DNA of 14,897 nucleotides from the UHGV virus genome UHGV-0249804; one strand, 5' to 3'. The notes under the pieces are model-generated. The model did no database searches and was not told the origin of the DNA. It worked only from the letters and a program-made list of their open reading frames with translations. Made by a program: the position numbers and the translations under genes. This document shows, in pieces, positions 7,335 through 14,897 of this stretch; position 1 is the first letter of the stretch; each line of letters begins with the position of its first letter. The DNA is from a virus.

Positions 7335-7710
7335 GCTGGTTATTTCTGCTTTCCTCCTGACTTTATTCGGTTCTCTCGTCTGGTCAGCTAACCACTACCA
7401 CAGCAAATACCAGCGCGAAAAGAAACGCGCTGATGAGGCTGTACAAAATGCCGAATCAGCAACTGCCATTACCAATAACGTCCTGCAATCAATGCAAATC
7501 ATCAATACAGTTCTGGAGGCTAACCAGCATGCAAAACAGCAGATCGCACTGGAGTCACAGAGAACCCAGGAAGATATCAAAGTGGCTGTTGCGAATGATG
7601 ATTGCGCTTCACGTCCTGTGCCTGCTGCCGCTGCTGACCGGTTGCGGAAGTACGCGGACAGTTTACGTACAAGTTCCGGTGATACCGCTACCGGCAAGTC
7701 TGACCGCTGA
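7318..7710 (+). CDS. Rz: i-spanin Rz (inner-membrane spanin subunit)
   Basis: Follows R with overlap. N-terminal TM segment (LVISAFLLTLFGSLVWSANHY, compare lambda Rz ...CLSWAVNHY) then a coiled-coil-like periplasmic region. 130 aa is at the short end for Rz. Confidence 0.75.
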   Translation: MKLSYKLVISAFLLTLFGSLVWSANHYHSKYQREKKRADEAVQNAESATAITNNVLQSMQIINTVLEANQHAKQQIALESQRTQEDIKVAVANDDCASRPVPAAAADRLRKYADSLRTSSGDTATGKSDR

Positions 7711-7870
7711 AACCCCGCAACCAGCCATTCCCGATCCGCTGACCTATGGAGGCAGTCTGGATTTGAATGTGAGTCTGTTGTCAGCACTGACTAACTGTAA
7801 TCGGGATAAAACTTCTATTCGTAAAATAGAAGCAGAGAGTGTCAGTAAACGGATAAACCTTAATAAGTAG
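7595..7870 (+). CDS. Rz1: o-spanin Rz1 (outer-membrane lipoprotein), +1 frame, overlapping and extending beyond Rz
   Basis: In the +1 frame relative to Rz: MMIALHVLCLLPLLTGC with lipobox LTGC, followed by a Pro-rich mature region. An alternative start at 7529 has a GGAGG RBS 9 nt upstream but would give a 39-aa leader. The ORF ends 160 nt after the Rz stop. Confidence 0.6.
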   Translation: MMIALHVLCLLPLLTGCGSTRTVYVQVPVIPLPASLTAETPQPAIPDPLTYGGSLDLNVSLLSALTNCNRDKTSIRKIEAESVSKRINLNK

Positions 7871-8040
7871 TGCCATAGCAGCAGCCATGATATCCCAGAG
7901 AGCTCAAGGTTGCGCGTACCAGTCGCTCATTAATAGTGTAATTACACATTGTTTACGGTTGAGGGGAGCAGGGATATGCTCTAAGAAAATATCCACGTTA
8001 CTGGAGCGATCATTGAGGGAGTGTGGTATGTAGTATTTTC

Positions 8041-8070
8041 AGGCGCCTAGAAGGCGCCTATTTATTATTC
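8041..8070. terminator. hairpin terminator after the lysis cassette
   Basis: AGGCGCCT-AGA-AGGCGCCT (each 8-mer is self-complementary, giving an 8-bp stem) followed by ATTTATTATT. Overlaps the stop codon of the minus-strand 83-aa gene. Confidence 0.55.
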
Positions 8071-8316
8071 GTGACCAAAAGATAATAACTTTTCTTTGAA
8101 TTGCTGTAGGCGTTCAATTTCTTCTGGTGTATTTTCAGGAGAAATATCATTAGGGGCTATCGCCTCAACGACTTCTTGAAAAATAGTATTAACATCCATC
8201 CCAGAAGTGTTTGAAATATATTTCATGATGATTTTAATCATTACGCGATTTGCAGAGGTCTCAAGCTTTAATTCATCAATTTCTTTTTCTAATTCGGTAA
8301 TTATTTCTTGATTCAT
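8065..8316 (-). CDS. small acidic hypothetical protein (83 aa) in an AT-rich island
   Basis: Real gene is the C-terminal 83 codons of the 249-aa ORF (start MNQEIITELEKEIDELK at 8316); the rest of that ORF is antisense to the GC-rich plus-strand gene. No signal peptide or TM segment, so not a Bor-like lipoprotein. Confidence 0.6.
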   Translation of the reverse strand: MNQEIITELEKEIDELKLETSANRVMIKIIMKYISNTSGMDVNTIFQEVVEAIAPNDISPENTPEEIERLQQFKEKLLSFGHE

Positions 8317-8355
8317 GTAATTGCCCTTTTCAAAATCGTACAAGAGATAGAAATT

Positions 8356-8961
8356 ATGCCACCACGAACTCCTAAAGCCTGCCGGGTCCGAGGGTGCGGC
8401 AAAACGGACAGTAAAACCACCGCCACGGCGACGCAGCAGCGTAACGTGGTTGCCAGCACCCTTCGTACGACCGCAATCAGCGAAGCGGCGTATGCCGTCA
8501 TCCGATTGCCTGCGCCAACAACTTCCGCGGTGATGCAGAATGCCACAGTGGGGCAGGCAACAACACCTGCGCAGAGCACCGGTTGGCCTTCCGTCACGCA
8601 TCCGGCACTGAACAATGCACCGGCGGTGAAAAACACGGTTGACCTGCCGACGTGGGAAGAACTGACTGACATTCGCGACACACTGAATACGGCAATTGAT
8701 AAGGAGTTGTCCCGTACAACCAGTGATGCGCTGTTTCTGGCGCTGCGCCGGGTGAAAGCAGATCTGAATGCGGATATCAACACGCGCCTTGAGCAGTCTG
8801 CACGGATCATTCATCGCACACCGGATGAGGTTTTACCCGCGCTGGTGCTGGCGGCGACCTGGTTTGATAACGCGGCGCGTGACGCGGACATTATCCGGCG
8901 TAATGCCATTACGCATCCCGGCTTTGTGCCGGTGATCCCTCTGAAGGTGCCAGTGCAATGA
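8356..8961 (+). CDS. tail/baseplate-associated protein, probably a 5'-truncated remnant of the gene preceding Mu P (N-like)
   Basis: GC-rich ORF directly upstream of, and coupled (ATGA overlap) to, the gpP/D-like gene. Its reading frame runs back into the AT-rich island without an upstream module, and the first ATG in GC-rich DNA is 8356. Homology to Mu N is by position only. Confidence 0.45.
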   Translation: MPPRTPKACRVRGCGKTDSKTTATATQQRNVVASTLRTTAISEAAYAVIRLPAPTTSAVMQNATVGQATTPAQSTGWPSVTHPALNNAPAVKNTVDLPTWEELTDIRDTLNTAIDKELSRTTSDALFLALRRVKADLNADINTRLEQSARIIHRTPDEVLPALVLAATWFDNAARDADIIRRNAITHPGFVPVIPLKVPVQ

Positions 8962-10037
8962 ACGATAACGTCACGCTACGGGTAAATGGCCGGGAGTGGA
9001 ATGGCTGGACATCGGTGCGCATCGGTGCCGGTATTGAACGGCTGGCGCGGGATTTCAGCGTGGAGATCACCCGCCAGTGGCCGGGAGATGAGGGTATCAC
9101 CACGCTTCAGCCGCGCATTAAAAATGGTTCAAAAGTGGAAGTGCTGATTGGTGATGAGCTGGTGATCACCGGCTGGGTGGAGGCGACCCCCGTTCGTTAC
9201 GATGCCCGTTCGGTCAGCACCGGTATTGCCGGACGTAGTCTGACTGCTGACCTGATTGACTGTGCAGCCGAACCGACACAGTTTAACGGACGATCGCTGG
9301 TACAGATTGCGCAGGCGCTTGCTGCGCCTTTCGGCATTGAGGTGGTGAACAGCGATGCGCCGTCGGGTGTTATTCCTGATGTCCAGCCTGATCACGGTGA
9401 AACGGTGATCGAGGTGATCAACAAAATACTCGGTCAGCAGCAGGCGCTGGCTTATGACGACCCGCACGGCAGGCTGGTGATTGGCGGTATTGGCTCAACG
9501 CGGGCACATACCGCGCTGGTACTTGGGGAAAACATCCTTTCCTGTGATACGGAGAAGAGTATCCGGGAGCGGTTTTCAGTTTACCAGGTGGCGGGGCAGC
9601 GTGCCGGAAACGACGATGATTTCGGTGAGGCCACCACCACCGCGCTGCGGGCCCGCACAGAGGACGCATTTATTGCCCGTTACCGTCCGATGTATATCAG
9701 GCAGACAGGGCAGGCCACGGGGGCAGGCTGTATTGCGCGTGCTGACTTTGAAGCCCGACAACGGGCGGCGCGGACGGATGAAACCACCTATGTGGTGCAG
9801 GGCTGGCGACAGGGTAACGGTACGCTGTGGCAGCCCAACCAGCGGGTGATTGTCTTCGATCCGGTCTGTGGTTTCGACAATACCGAACTGCTTGTCTCGG
9901 AAGTCACGTTTACTCAGGACCAGAACGGCACCCTGACGGAAATCCGTGTCGGCCCACCTGATGCTTATCTGCCTGAACCAGAAGCCCCCGGCGCGCGGAA
10001 AAAGAAAAAAGCCAGAGTACAGGAGGACCCGTTCTGA
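8958..10037 (+). CDS. tail protein, Mu P / P2 gpD-like
   Basis: 359-aa ORF in conserved position upstream of the baseplate V-like gene, coupled to both neighbours. Family assignment rests on gene order and size in Mu-like baseplate modules. Confidence 0.7.
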   Translation: MNDNVTLRVNGREWNGWTSVRIGAGIERLARDFSVEITRQWPGDEGITTLQPRIKNGSKVEVLIGDELVITGWVEATPVRYDARSVSTGIAGRSLTADLIDCAAEPTQFNGRSLVQIAQALAAPFGIEVVNSDAPSGVIPDVQPDHGETVIEVINKILGQQQALAYDDPHGRLVIGGIGSTRAHTALVLGENILSCDTEKSIRERFSVYQVAGQRAGNDDDFGEATTTALRARTEDAFIARYRPMYIRQTGQATGAGCIARADFEARQRAARTDETTYVVQGWRQGNGTLWQPNQRVIVFDPVCGFDNTELLVSEVTFTQDQNGTLTEIRVGPPDAYLPEPEAPGARKKKKARVQEDPF

Positions 10038-10585
10038 TGAGGACGATTGAAGCCATGCAGCGACAACTCCTCGGCCTGATTGGGCGGGCCGTGGTGAAAA
10101 GCATCAGTGCCGCCACGAAATGTCAGACCGTGGATGTGTCCCTGATTGCCGGTGAACCCAAAGCCGGGGTTGAACATCTTGAACCCTACGGTTTTACCGC
10201 AAGGGCAAACAGCGGTGCGGAAGCGGTGGTGTTGTTTCCGGATGGCGACCGTTCTCATGCGGTGGTTGTTACGGTGTCGGACCGGCGCTACCGCCTGAAA
10301 GGGCTGCAGACGGGTGAGGTGGCTGTCTATGACGATCAGGGGCAGTCCGTGACGCTGACCCGGGAGGGGATCGTAGTGGACGGTGCAGGTAAAACGATCA
10401 CGTTTCGCAATGCACCTGAAGCACGTTTTGAAATGGACCTTGAAGTGACCGGACAGGTGAAAGACCTGTGCGACTCCGGCGGCACCACCATGTCAGCGAT
10501 GCGGCTTGCCTATAACGGGCATTGTCACAGAGAGAACGGTCAGGGCAGTAACACCGACAAACCTGATAAAGCGATGGAGGCATGA
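10037..10585 (+). CDS. baseplate assembly protein V-like (Mu gp45-type spike)
   Basis: 182 aa; C-terminal NGHCHRENG resembles the His-containing apex motif of gpV-type spikes. Start overlaps the upstream stop (TGATG). Confidence 0.8.
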   Translation: MRTIEAMQRQLLGLIGRAVVKSISAATKCQTVDVSLIAGEPKAGVEHLEPYGFTARANSGAEAVVLFPDGDRSHAVVVTVSDRRYRLKGLQTGEVAVYDDQGQSVTLTREGIVVDGAGKTITFRNAPEARFEMDLEVTGQVKDLCDSGGTTMSAMRLAYNGHCHRENGQGSNTDKPDKAMEA

Positions 10586-11010
10586 TGGAACTGTGGCTGA
10601 CGGTGAACGGTAAACGCACCTGCGCCAGCGCACCGCTGGATCCGCTGACCCGCGCCGTGGTGATTTCCCTGTTTACCTGGCGGCGGGCGGAGCCTGATGA
10701 CAACGCCGACGTCCCGATGGGATGGTGGGGGGATACCTGGCCTGCGGTACAGAATGACCGTTACGGCTCCCGACTGTGGCTGCTTCAGCGCAGCAAACTG
10801 ACCAATCAGCTGGTGCAGACGGTAAGGGGGTATATCCGTGAATGCCTGCAATGGATGATTGATGACGGCGTGGTGTCCCGTATTGATCTGGATATCCGCC
10901 GCACCGGGATTAATGAACTGGGTAACAGTATCACCCTCTGGCGTCGTGACGGACCGGTAATGATTTCTTTTGATGATCTGTGGAGTGCGATAACGCATGG
11001 CGGACAGTGA
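10582..11010 (+). CDS. baseplate protein, Mu gp46 family (gp25-like wedge)
   Basis: 142 aa, Trp-rich (GWWGDTWPAV), in the conserved position between the V-like and J-like genes; start overlaps the upstream stop. Confidence 0.8.
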   Translation: MMELWLTVNGKRTCASAPLDPLTRAVVISLFTWRRAEPDDNADVPMGWWGDTWPAVQNDRYGSRLWLLQRSKLTNQLVQTVRGYIRECLQWMIDDGVVSRIDLDIRRTGINELGNSITLWRRDGPVMISFDDLWSAITHGGQ

Positions 11011-12055
11011 ATTTCAGCGCCCGACGCTGGCAGAAAATATCAGTATGCTCCGTAACGATTTATTCGCCAGGCTGGACGTCAGCGACACGCTCCGGCGCAT
11101 GGATGAAGACGTGCGGGCAAAGGTGTATGCGGCGGCGCTGCATACGGTTTACGGGTACATCGATTATCTGGCAATGAATATGCTGCCTGACCTGTGCGAT
11201 GAGTCCTGGCTGGCGCGACATGCTGCGATGAAACGGTGTCCGCGCAAGGGGGCCACGGCTGCCAGCGGGTATATGCGCTGGGAAGGTGTCAGCGATGGCC
11301 TGAAGGTGACTGCCGGGAGTGTTATTCAGCGCGATGACCTGGTTCAGTACACGGCAACTGCCGATGCAACCAGCTCCGGTGGTGTCCTGCGCGTGCCGAT
11401 CGCCTGCTCAAGTGCAGGCGCGGTCGGTAACGCTGACGACGGTACGTCATTAATCCTGGTCACGCCGGTGAATGGTCTGCCGTCTTCCGGCGTGGCAGAT
11501 ACCCTGACAGGTGGATTTGATACTGAAGAGCTGGAAACGTGGCGCGCCCGCGTCATTGAGCGGTATTACTGGACACCTCAGGGCGGGGCTGACGGGGACT
11601 ATGTCGTCTGGGCTAAAGAAGTGCCCGGCATTACCCGCGCATGGACATACCGTCACTGGATGGGAACGGGAACTGTCGGTGTGATGATTGCCAGCAGTGA
11701 CCTGATTAATCCCATTCCGGAAGAATCAACGGAAACGGCAGCAAGACAACATATCGGGCCACTGGCCCCGGTGGCAGGCTCTGATTTGTATGTATTCAGG
11801 CCGGTGGCACATACGGTGGATTTTCATATCCGCGTGACGCCGGACACACCAGAAATACGGGCTGCCATTACCGCGGAGTTGCGTTCGTTCCTGCTGCGTG
11901 ATGGTTATCCGCAGGGAGAGCTGAAGGTGTCGCGTATCAGTGAAGCGATTTCCGGTGCGAACGGGGAATACAGCCATCAGTTGCTTGCACCGGCAGACAA
12001 TATCTCCATTGCGAAAAACGAACTGGCGGTTCTGGGGACGATTTCATGGACGTGA
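10997..12055 (+). CDS. baseplate J-like protein (Mu gp47 family)
   Basis: 352 aa, in the conserved position before the DUF2313-like and tail-fibre genes; overlaps both neighbours by a few codons. Confidence 0.85.
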   Translation: MADSEFQRPTLAENISMLRNDLFARLDVSDTLRRMDEDVRAKVYAAALHTVYGYIDYLAMNMLPDLCDESWLARHAAMKRCPRKGATAASGYMRWEGVSDGLKVTAGSVIQRDDLVQYTATADATSSGGVLRVPIACSSAGAVGNADDGTSLILVTPVNGLPSSGVADTLTGGFDTEELETWRARVIERYYWTPQGGADGDYVVWAKEVPGITRAWTYRHWMGTGTVGVMIASSDLINPIPEESTETAARQHIGPLAPVAGSDLYVFRPVAHTVDFHIRVTPDTPEIRAAITAELRSFLLRDGYPQGELKVSRISEAISGANGEYSHQLLAPADNISIAKNELAVLGTISWT

Positions 12056-12630
12056 CAAACGATGATTACATCCGTCTGTTGTCAGCACTGTTGCCGCCCG
12101 GTCCGGCGTGGTCAGCCAGCGATCCGGCGATTGCCGGTGCAGCACCATCATTAACCCGTGTTCATCAGCGTGCGGATGCCCTGATGCGGGAGCTGGATCC
12201 GCGCACCACCACCGAACTGATAAACCGCTGGGAGCGTCTGTGCGGTCTGCCGGATGAATGTATTCCGGCGGGAACGCAGACCCTTCGCCAGCGTCAGCAA
12301 CGGCTGGATGCGAAGGTTAACCTGGCGGGCGGCATCAACGAGGATTTTTATCTTGCACAGCTTGCTGCCCTGGGCAGACCAGATGCCACCATCACGCGAT
12401 ACGACAAAAGCACCTTCACCTGCTCATCGGCCTGTACTGACGTGGTGAATGCGCCGGAATGGCGGTATTACTGGCAGGTCAACATGCCAGCTGCCACCAA
12501 CACCACCTGGATGACATGTGGTGATCCCTGTGATTCCGCACTGCGTATCTGGGGCGACACCGTTGTCGAGTGCGTGCTTAACAAACTCTGCCCGTCGCAT
12601 ACCTACGTAATTTTTAAATATCCGGAGTAA
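12046..12630 (+). CDS. tail protein, Mu gp48 / YmfQ (DUF2313)-like
   Basis: 194 aa, Cys-rich C-terminus, immediately upstream of the tail-fibre gene as in e14 and Mu-like elements. Confidence 0.8.
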   Translation: MDVTNDDYIRLLSALLPPGPAWSASDPAIAGAAPSLTRVHQRADALMRELDPRTTTELINRWERLCGLPDECIPAGTQTLRQRQQRLDAKVNLAGGINEDFYLAQLAALGRPDATITRYDKSTFTCSSACTDVVNAPEWRYYWQVNMPAATNTTWMTCGDPCDSALRIWGDTVVECVLNKLCPSHTYVIFKYPE

Positions 12631-12633
12631 TCC

Positions 12634-13284
12634 ATGCATCGTATAGACACGAAAACCGCGCAGAAGGATAAGTTCGGCGCGGGTAAGAACGGTTTTACCC
12701 GTGGTAACCCCCAGACCGGCACGCCTGCCACCGATCTGGATGATGACTACTTTGACATGTTGCAGGAGGAACTTTGCAGCGTGGTGGAGGCATCCGATGC
12801 CAGCCTGGAGAAGGGGCGGCACGACCAGTTACTTACCGCACTTCGCGCGCTGCTGTTAAGCCGCAAGAATCCGTTTGGCGATATCAAATCGGATGGCACT
12901 GTGCAAACGGCTCTCGAAAACCTTGGTTTGGGAGAAGCAGCTAAAAGGAATGTAGGTACAGGGGCGAATCAGATACCTGATATGAGCCTGTTCGCGTCAA
13001 TTAATACCGTAACGGCTGCTGCGCAAAAATTTCCGTCTGGATTAATTTTACAGTGCGGTCAGTTGAATGGTGCCCCGAATGTATCTTCAACATACGGGAT
13101 GACGTTCCCGATGACGTTCTCAAGAGTCCTTGCTGTCACAGTTACATTGAACGTTACTGGCGCGTCAGGGCAGCCGACTGTATCGGCGACAAATGTCCAT
13201 AACACTGGATTTGATATTACAGTGTCGCCCGGTTCAGGATATGGTTCATCTGCTGATGCGTATTACATTGCAATGGGATATTAA
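12634..13284 (+). CDS. side tail fibre protein (constant N-terminal part joined to the currently expressed variable C-terminal cassette)
   Basis: 216 aa. The N-terminal conserved segment ends with ...[15 protein letters not shown], whose coding sequence is the crossover site; the C-terminal part is lower-GC variable sequence. Confidence 0.85.
   Translation: MHRIDTKTAQKDKFGAGKNGFTRGNPQTGTPATDLDDDYFDMLQEELCSVVEASDASLEKGRHDQLLTALRALLLSRKNPFGDIKSDGTVQTALENLGLGEAAKRNVGTGANQIPDMSLFASINTVTAAAQKFPSGLILQCGQLNGAPNVSSTYGMTFPMTFSRVLAVTVTLNVTGASGQPTVSATNVHNTGFDITVSPGSGYGSSADAYYIAMGY
12819..12937. repeat. left inverted repeat of the invertible tail-fibre segment (at least 119 bp; partner at the right window edge)
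   Basis: The reverse complement of the last ~119 bp of the window is identical to 12819-12937 by direct comparison. Identity stops at 12938 and may extend further left; the window edge truncates the partner. Confidence 0.85.
12911..12936. other. Gin/Hin/Pin-family crossover site (left)
   Basis: 26 bp CTCTCGAAAACC-TT-GGTTTGGGAGAA with imperfect dyad symmetry, matching the TTCTC.AAAACC half-site pattern of hix/gix/cix sites. It lies exactly at the inner edge of the inverted repeat. Confidence 0.7.
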
Positions 13285-13288
13285 CGAA

Positions 13289-13708
13289 ATGTCATATTTT
13301 TATTCTGCATCGACAAACGGATTTTATTCGACTGAATTTCACGGCACCAATATTCCTGATGATGCAGTGGAAATCTCGGAATCAGAGTGGAAAACACTGA
13401 TTAACTCACAGAGTGTAACAAAAATGATTACCTGTGGTGAGAACGGTCACCCTGTCATTGTTGACCGTCCTTCTCCAACACCAGAACAATTAGCCTTAAT
13501 AAATGATGAAAAGAAATCTGCACTGATAGCAGAGGCAACGAATGTAATAGCTCCGCTTCAGGATGCGGTTGATTTAGGTATGGCAACAAATGATGAAACG
13601 AAACTGTTACTAGCATGGAAAAAATATCGAGTGCTATTGATGCGTATTAATACTTCAACAGCACTCGATATTGAATGGCCTACGCCTCCGGCAGTTCAGG
13701 CCAGATGA
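13289..13708 (+). CDS. tail fibre assembly protein (U/Tfa-like), current orientation
   Basis: ATG at 13289 ([17 protein letters not shown]...) 4 nt after the fibre stop; the ORF-track 5' extension overlaps the fibre gene and is rejected. Typical Tfa N-terminus. Confidence 0.8.
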   Translation: MSYFYSASTNGFYSTEFHGTNIPDDAVEISESEWKTLINSQSVTKMITCGENGHPVIVDRPSPTPEQLALINDEKKSALIAEATNVIAPLQDAVDLGMATNDETKLLLAWKKYRVLLMRINTSTALDIEWPTPPAVQAR

Positions 13709-14282
13709 CATCCGGCGCTGTGCTGGTATCTGTTGCCATCACCGCGTCAATGTAATCCAGCACAGCGTTAAGGCGGGTTGTTTCTGCCTGCGTCAGCTTC
13801 CGCCCGGCCTGTAATTTCAGTTGAATCAGACTAATGGAAGCCATTGCAGCATCAATCAGTGACTGACGCTGTGCTTCTGCCGCTTCGACTGCTGCGCTAT
13901 GCTGTGCCTCAGTATCTGTTACCCATTTCTCACCATCCCATTTATCGTATGGCGTTAACGGGGCGATAGTGGTCGTGTTTTCAGGATAATCACCCGGAGC
14001 TGTGATTTCTTTTGATTCTCCTGTTTCGGTGCTATAGACGATTTCACCGCGATGGTCTGGCACATATTCCCATGAGTTAAAATCTGCAGAACGGCAAATT
14101 GCATAACCAGCTTTATATGAGCCAGGAGCATCTAAACAGGAACATGCCGGGATACCGACGCCAACCGCAAGATATTCAGTTGATGTGGAAATATATTCCC
14201 GCGTTTCACCATCATAATTATAAATGGTAATGTCTCCCGCTTTTATGGCAATGAGTTCGTTATTTAATACGGCTTTATTCAT
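13680..14282 (-). CDS. alternative tail fibre assembly protein (U'/Tfa-like), inverted cassette
   Basis: 200-aa minus-strand ORF directly downstream of, and coupled to, the S'v cassette (start overlaps its stop by 1 nt). Converges on the plus-strand tfa gene. Confidence 0.8.
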   Translation of the reverse strand: MNKAVLNNELIAIKAGDITIYNYDGETREYISTSTEYLAVGVGIPACSCLDAPGSYKAGYAICRSADFNSWEYVPDHRGEIVYSTETGESKEITAPGDYPENTTTIAPLTPYDKWDGEKWVTDTEAQHSAAVEAAEAQRQSLIDAAMASISLIQLKLQAGRKLTQAETTRLNAVLDYIDAVMATDTSTAPDVIWPELPEA

Positions 14283-14897
14283 CAGGCAGCCCTCACGATA
14301 TAATTAAAGGCAATGTTACGAGGACGGTTTTCGTTTGCAGTTGGAACAATTCTTGAAGCATCAAGGCCAATCACTTTTGGGTAAACAGAGCCATCTGTTC
14401 TTTCTATCACCATACTTCTGATTAAGGAGAAATAACTATTGTTCGTTGAGGGGTTCAAAGGCACCACTGCCCCCTTAAATGAGTCTACTGATTCCCATAT
14501 TGAATAATTTTCGGTGTTTACAGTCTTGAACTCACCATAGATATTACGTATGGCATCGCCCTGAGCGGATAATATTGCCCTCCCCGTATCCATACCACGT
14601 CCGTCATCCCAGCCACGAATAAACTCACCACGTAAATCAGGCAATTTATTTGTCGGGTAAGCCTTTGCCAGTTCCGGGTATTCTTCAGCAGAAAAAGCTG
14701 CTCCGTTGCATTTCAGCCAGCCTGTTGGCGGAGTGGCTGAAGGCCACGGAACAGGCACCCCAACAGGTAATGCAGAGCCTTCTCCCAAACCAAGGTTTTC
14801 GAGAGCCGTTTGCACAGTGCCATCCGATTTGATATCGCCAAACGGATTCTTGCGGCTTAACAGCAGCGCGCGAAGTGCGGTAAGTAACTGGTCGTGC
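14282..14897 (-). CDS. alternative tail-fibre variable C-terminal cassette (S'v) plus inverted copy of the constant-region 3' end; 5' end beyond window or absent
   Basis: The minus-strand frame encodes ...[12 protein letters not shown] followed by a different C-terminus, and stays open to the window edge through the inverted repeat. The 'M' in the ORF track is the GTG codon for that Val. Confidence 0.75.
   Translation of the reverse strand, partial: HDQLLTALRALLLSRKNPFGDIKSDGTVQTALENLGLGEGSALPVGVPVPWPSATPPTGWLKCNGAAFSAEEYPELAKAYPTNKLPDLRGEFIRGWDDGRGMDTGRAILSAQGDAIRNIYGEFKTVNTENYSIWESVDSFKGAVVPLNPSTNNSYFSLIRSMVIERTDGSVYPKVIGLDASRIVPTANENRPRNIAFNYIVRAA
14779..14897. repeat. right inverted repeat (truncated by window edge), containing the right crossover site at about 14779-14805
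   Basis: Reverse complement identical to 12819-12937. Coordinates here may be off by 1. Confidence 0.8.

Larger units (their letters stand above)
12911..14805. other. invertible DNA segment (Mu G / P1 C / e14 P-type) carrying alternative tail-fibre C-termini and their assembly chaperones
   Basis: Sv-U on the plus strand and U'-S'v on the minus strand, converging with a 29-nt 3' overlap, bounded by inverted crossover sites. Confidence 0.75.
169..14897. mobile_element. cryptic mosaic prophage, left end at the tRNA-Thr 3' end; right end beyond the window
   Basis: Integrase abuts the tRNA 3' end, followed by phage lysis and tail genes. Key modules are missing or truncated (Q remnant, no head or packaging genes, N-like fragment). 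Confidence 0.85.

Noticed and set aside
7936-7947. 12-bp perfect palindrome GTGTAATTACAC as a specific operator or cos element
   Set aside because: Several perfect 12-bp palindromes are expected by chance in about 15 kb of AT-rich sequence, and there is no flanking cos-like or repeated-site context. Kept only as a note in the junction finding.
8317-8814. 5' two-thirds of the 249-aa minus-strand ORF, and the overlapping 165-aa ORF 8313-8810
   Set aside because: They run antisense through a GC-rich plus-strand coding region, have Arg/Cys-rich low-complexity translations typical of antisense frames in high-GC DNA, and lack RBS context. Only the 83-codon AT-rich 3' part (8065-8316) looks like a gene.
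9129-10998. Several 60-150-aa ORFs on both strands inside the baseplate genes (9129-9467, 9418-9669, 9481-9849, 9576-9761, 9910-10116, 9965-10258, 10398-10703, 10540-10998)
   Set aside because: All overlap long, coupled, GC-rich tail genes. Their translations are Arg/Pro/Gly-rich with no start context; these are frame artefacts of roughly 60-68% GC DNA.
1-14897. CRISPR arrays, rRNA genes, IS elements or transposase genes
   Set aside because: No short direct-repeat arrays with regular spacing, no rRNA-like sequence, and no transposase-like ORF or terminal inverted repeats beyond the fibre-switch repeats were seen.

Overview
This window is the left part of a degenerate, mosaic prophage integrated next to a tRNA-Thr(CGU) gene, and its most interesting content is an AT-rich two-gene cargo operon (3206-4743) that I cannot assign to any named family. 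All calls come from reading the sequence and the supplied ORF translations; no database search was run. Left to right: tRNA-Thr (93-168); a minus-strand P22-type integrase and excisionase with three small early genes, one an HD-domain hydrolase; a 64-aa C-terminal remnant of a Q-like late antiterminator; a ~3.3 kb cargo region between the Q remnant and the lysis genes; a lambda-like lysis cassette (holin, R-type endolysin, Rz/Rz1); an AT-rich 83-aa minus-strand gene; then, with no head, packaging, sheath or tube genes, a Mu-like baseplate module ending in a Gin/Pin-type invertible tail-fibre segment. The cargo region holds two things. First, the candidate novel system: a 311-aa soluble protein followed by a 190-aa four-TM membrane protein at roughly 25-37% GC, resembling sensor-plus-membrane-effector abortive-infection modules in architecture only. 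Second, a small ORF plus a beta-class N6/N4 amino DNA methyltransferase with no obvious partner nuclease. The invertible segment is bounded by inverted repeats of at least 119 bp that contain hix/gix-like crossover sites; the invertase gene is beyond the right edge. Coordinates beyond about 14760 may be off by 1, because my line-based counting and the ORF track disagree by one base there.
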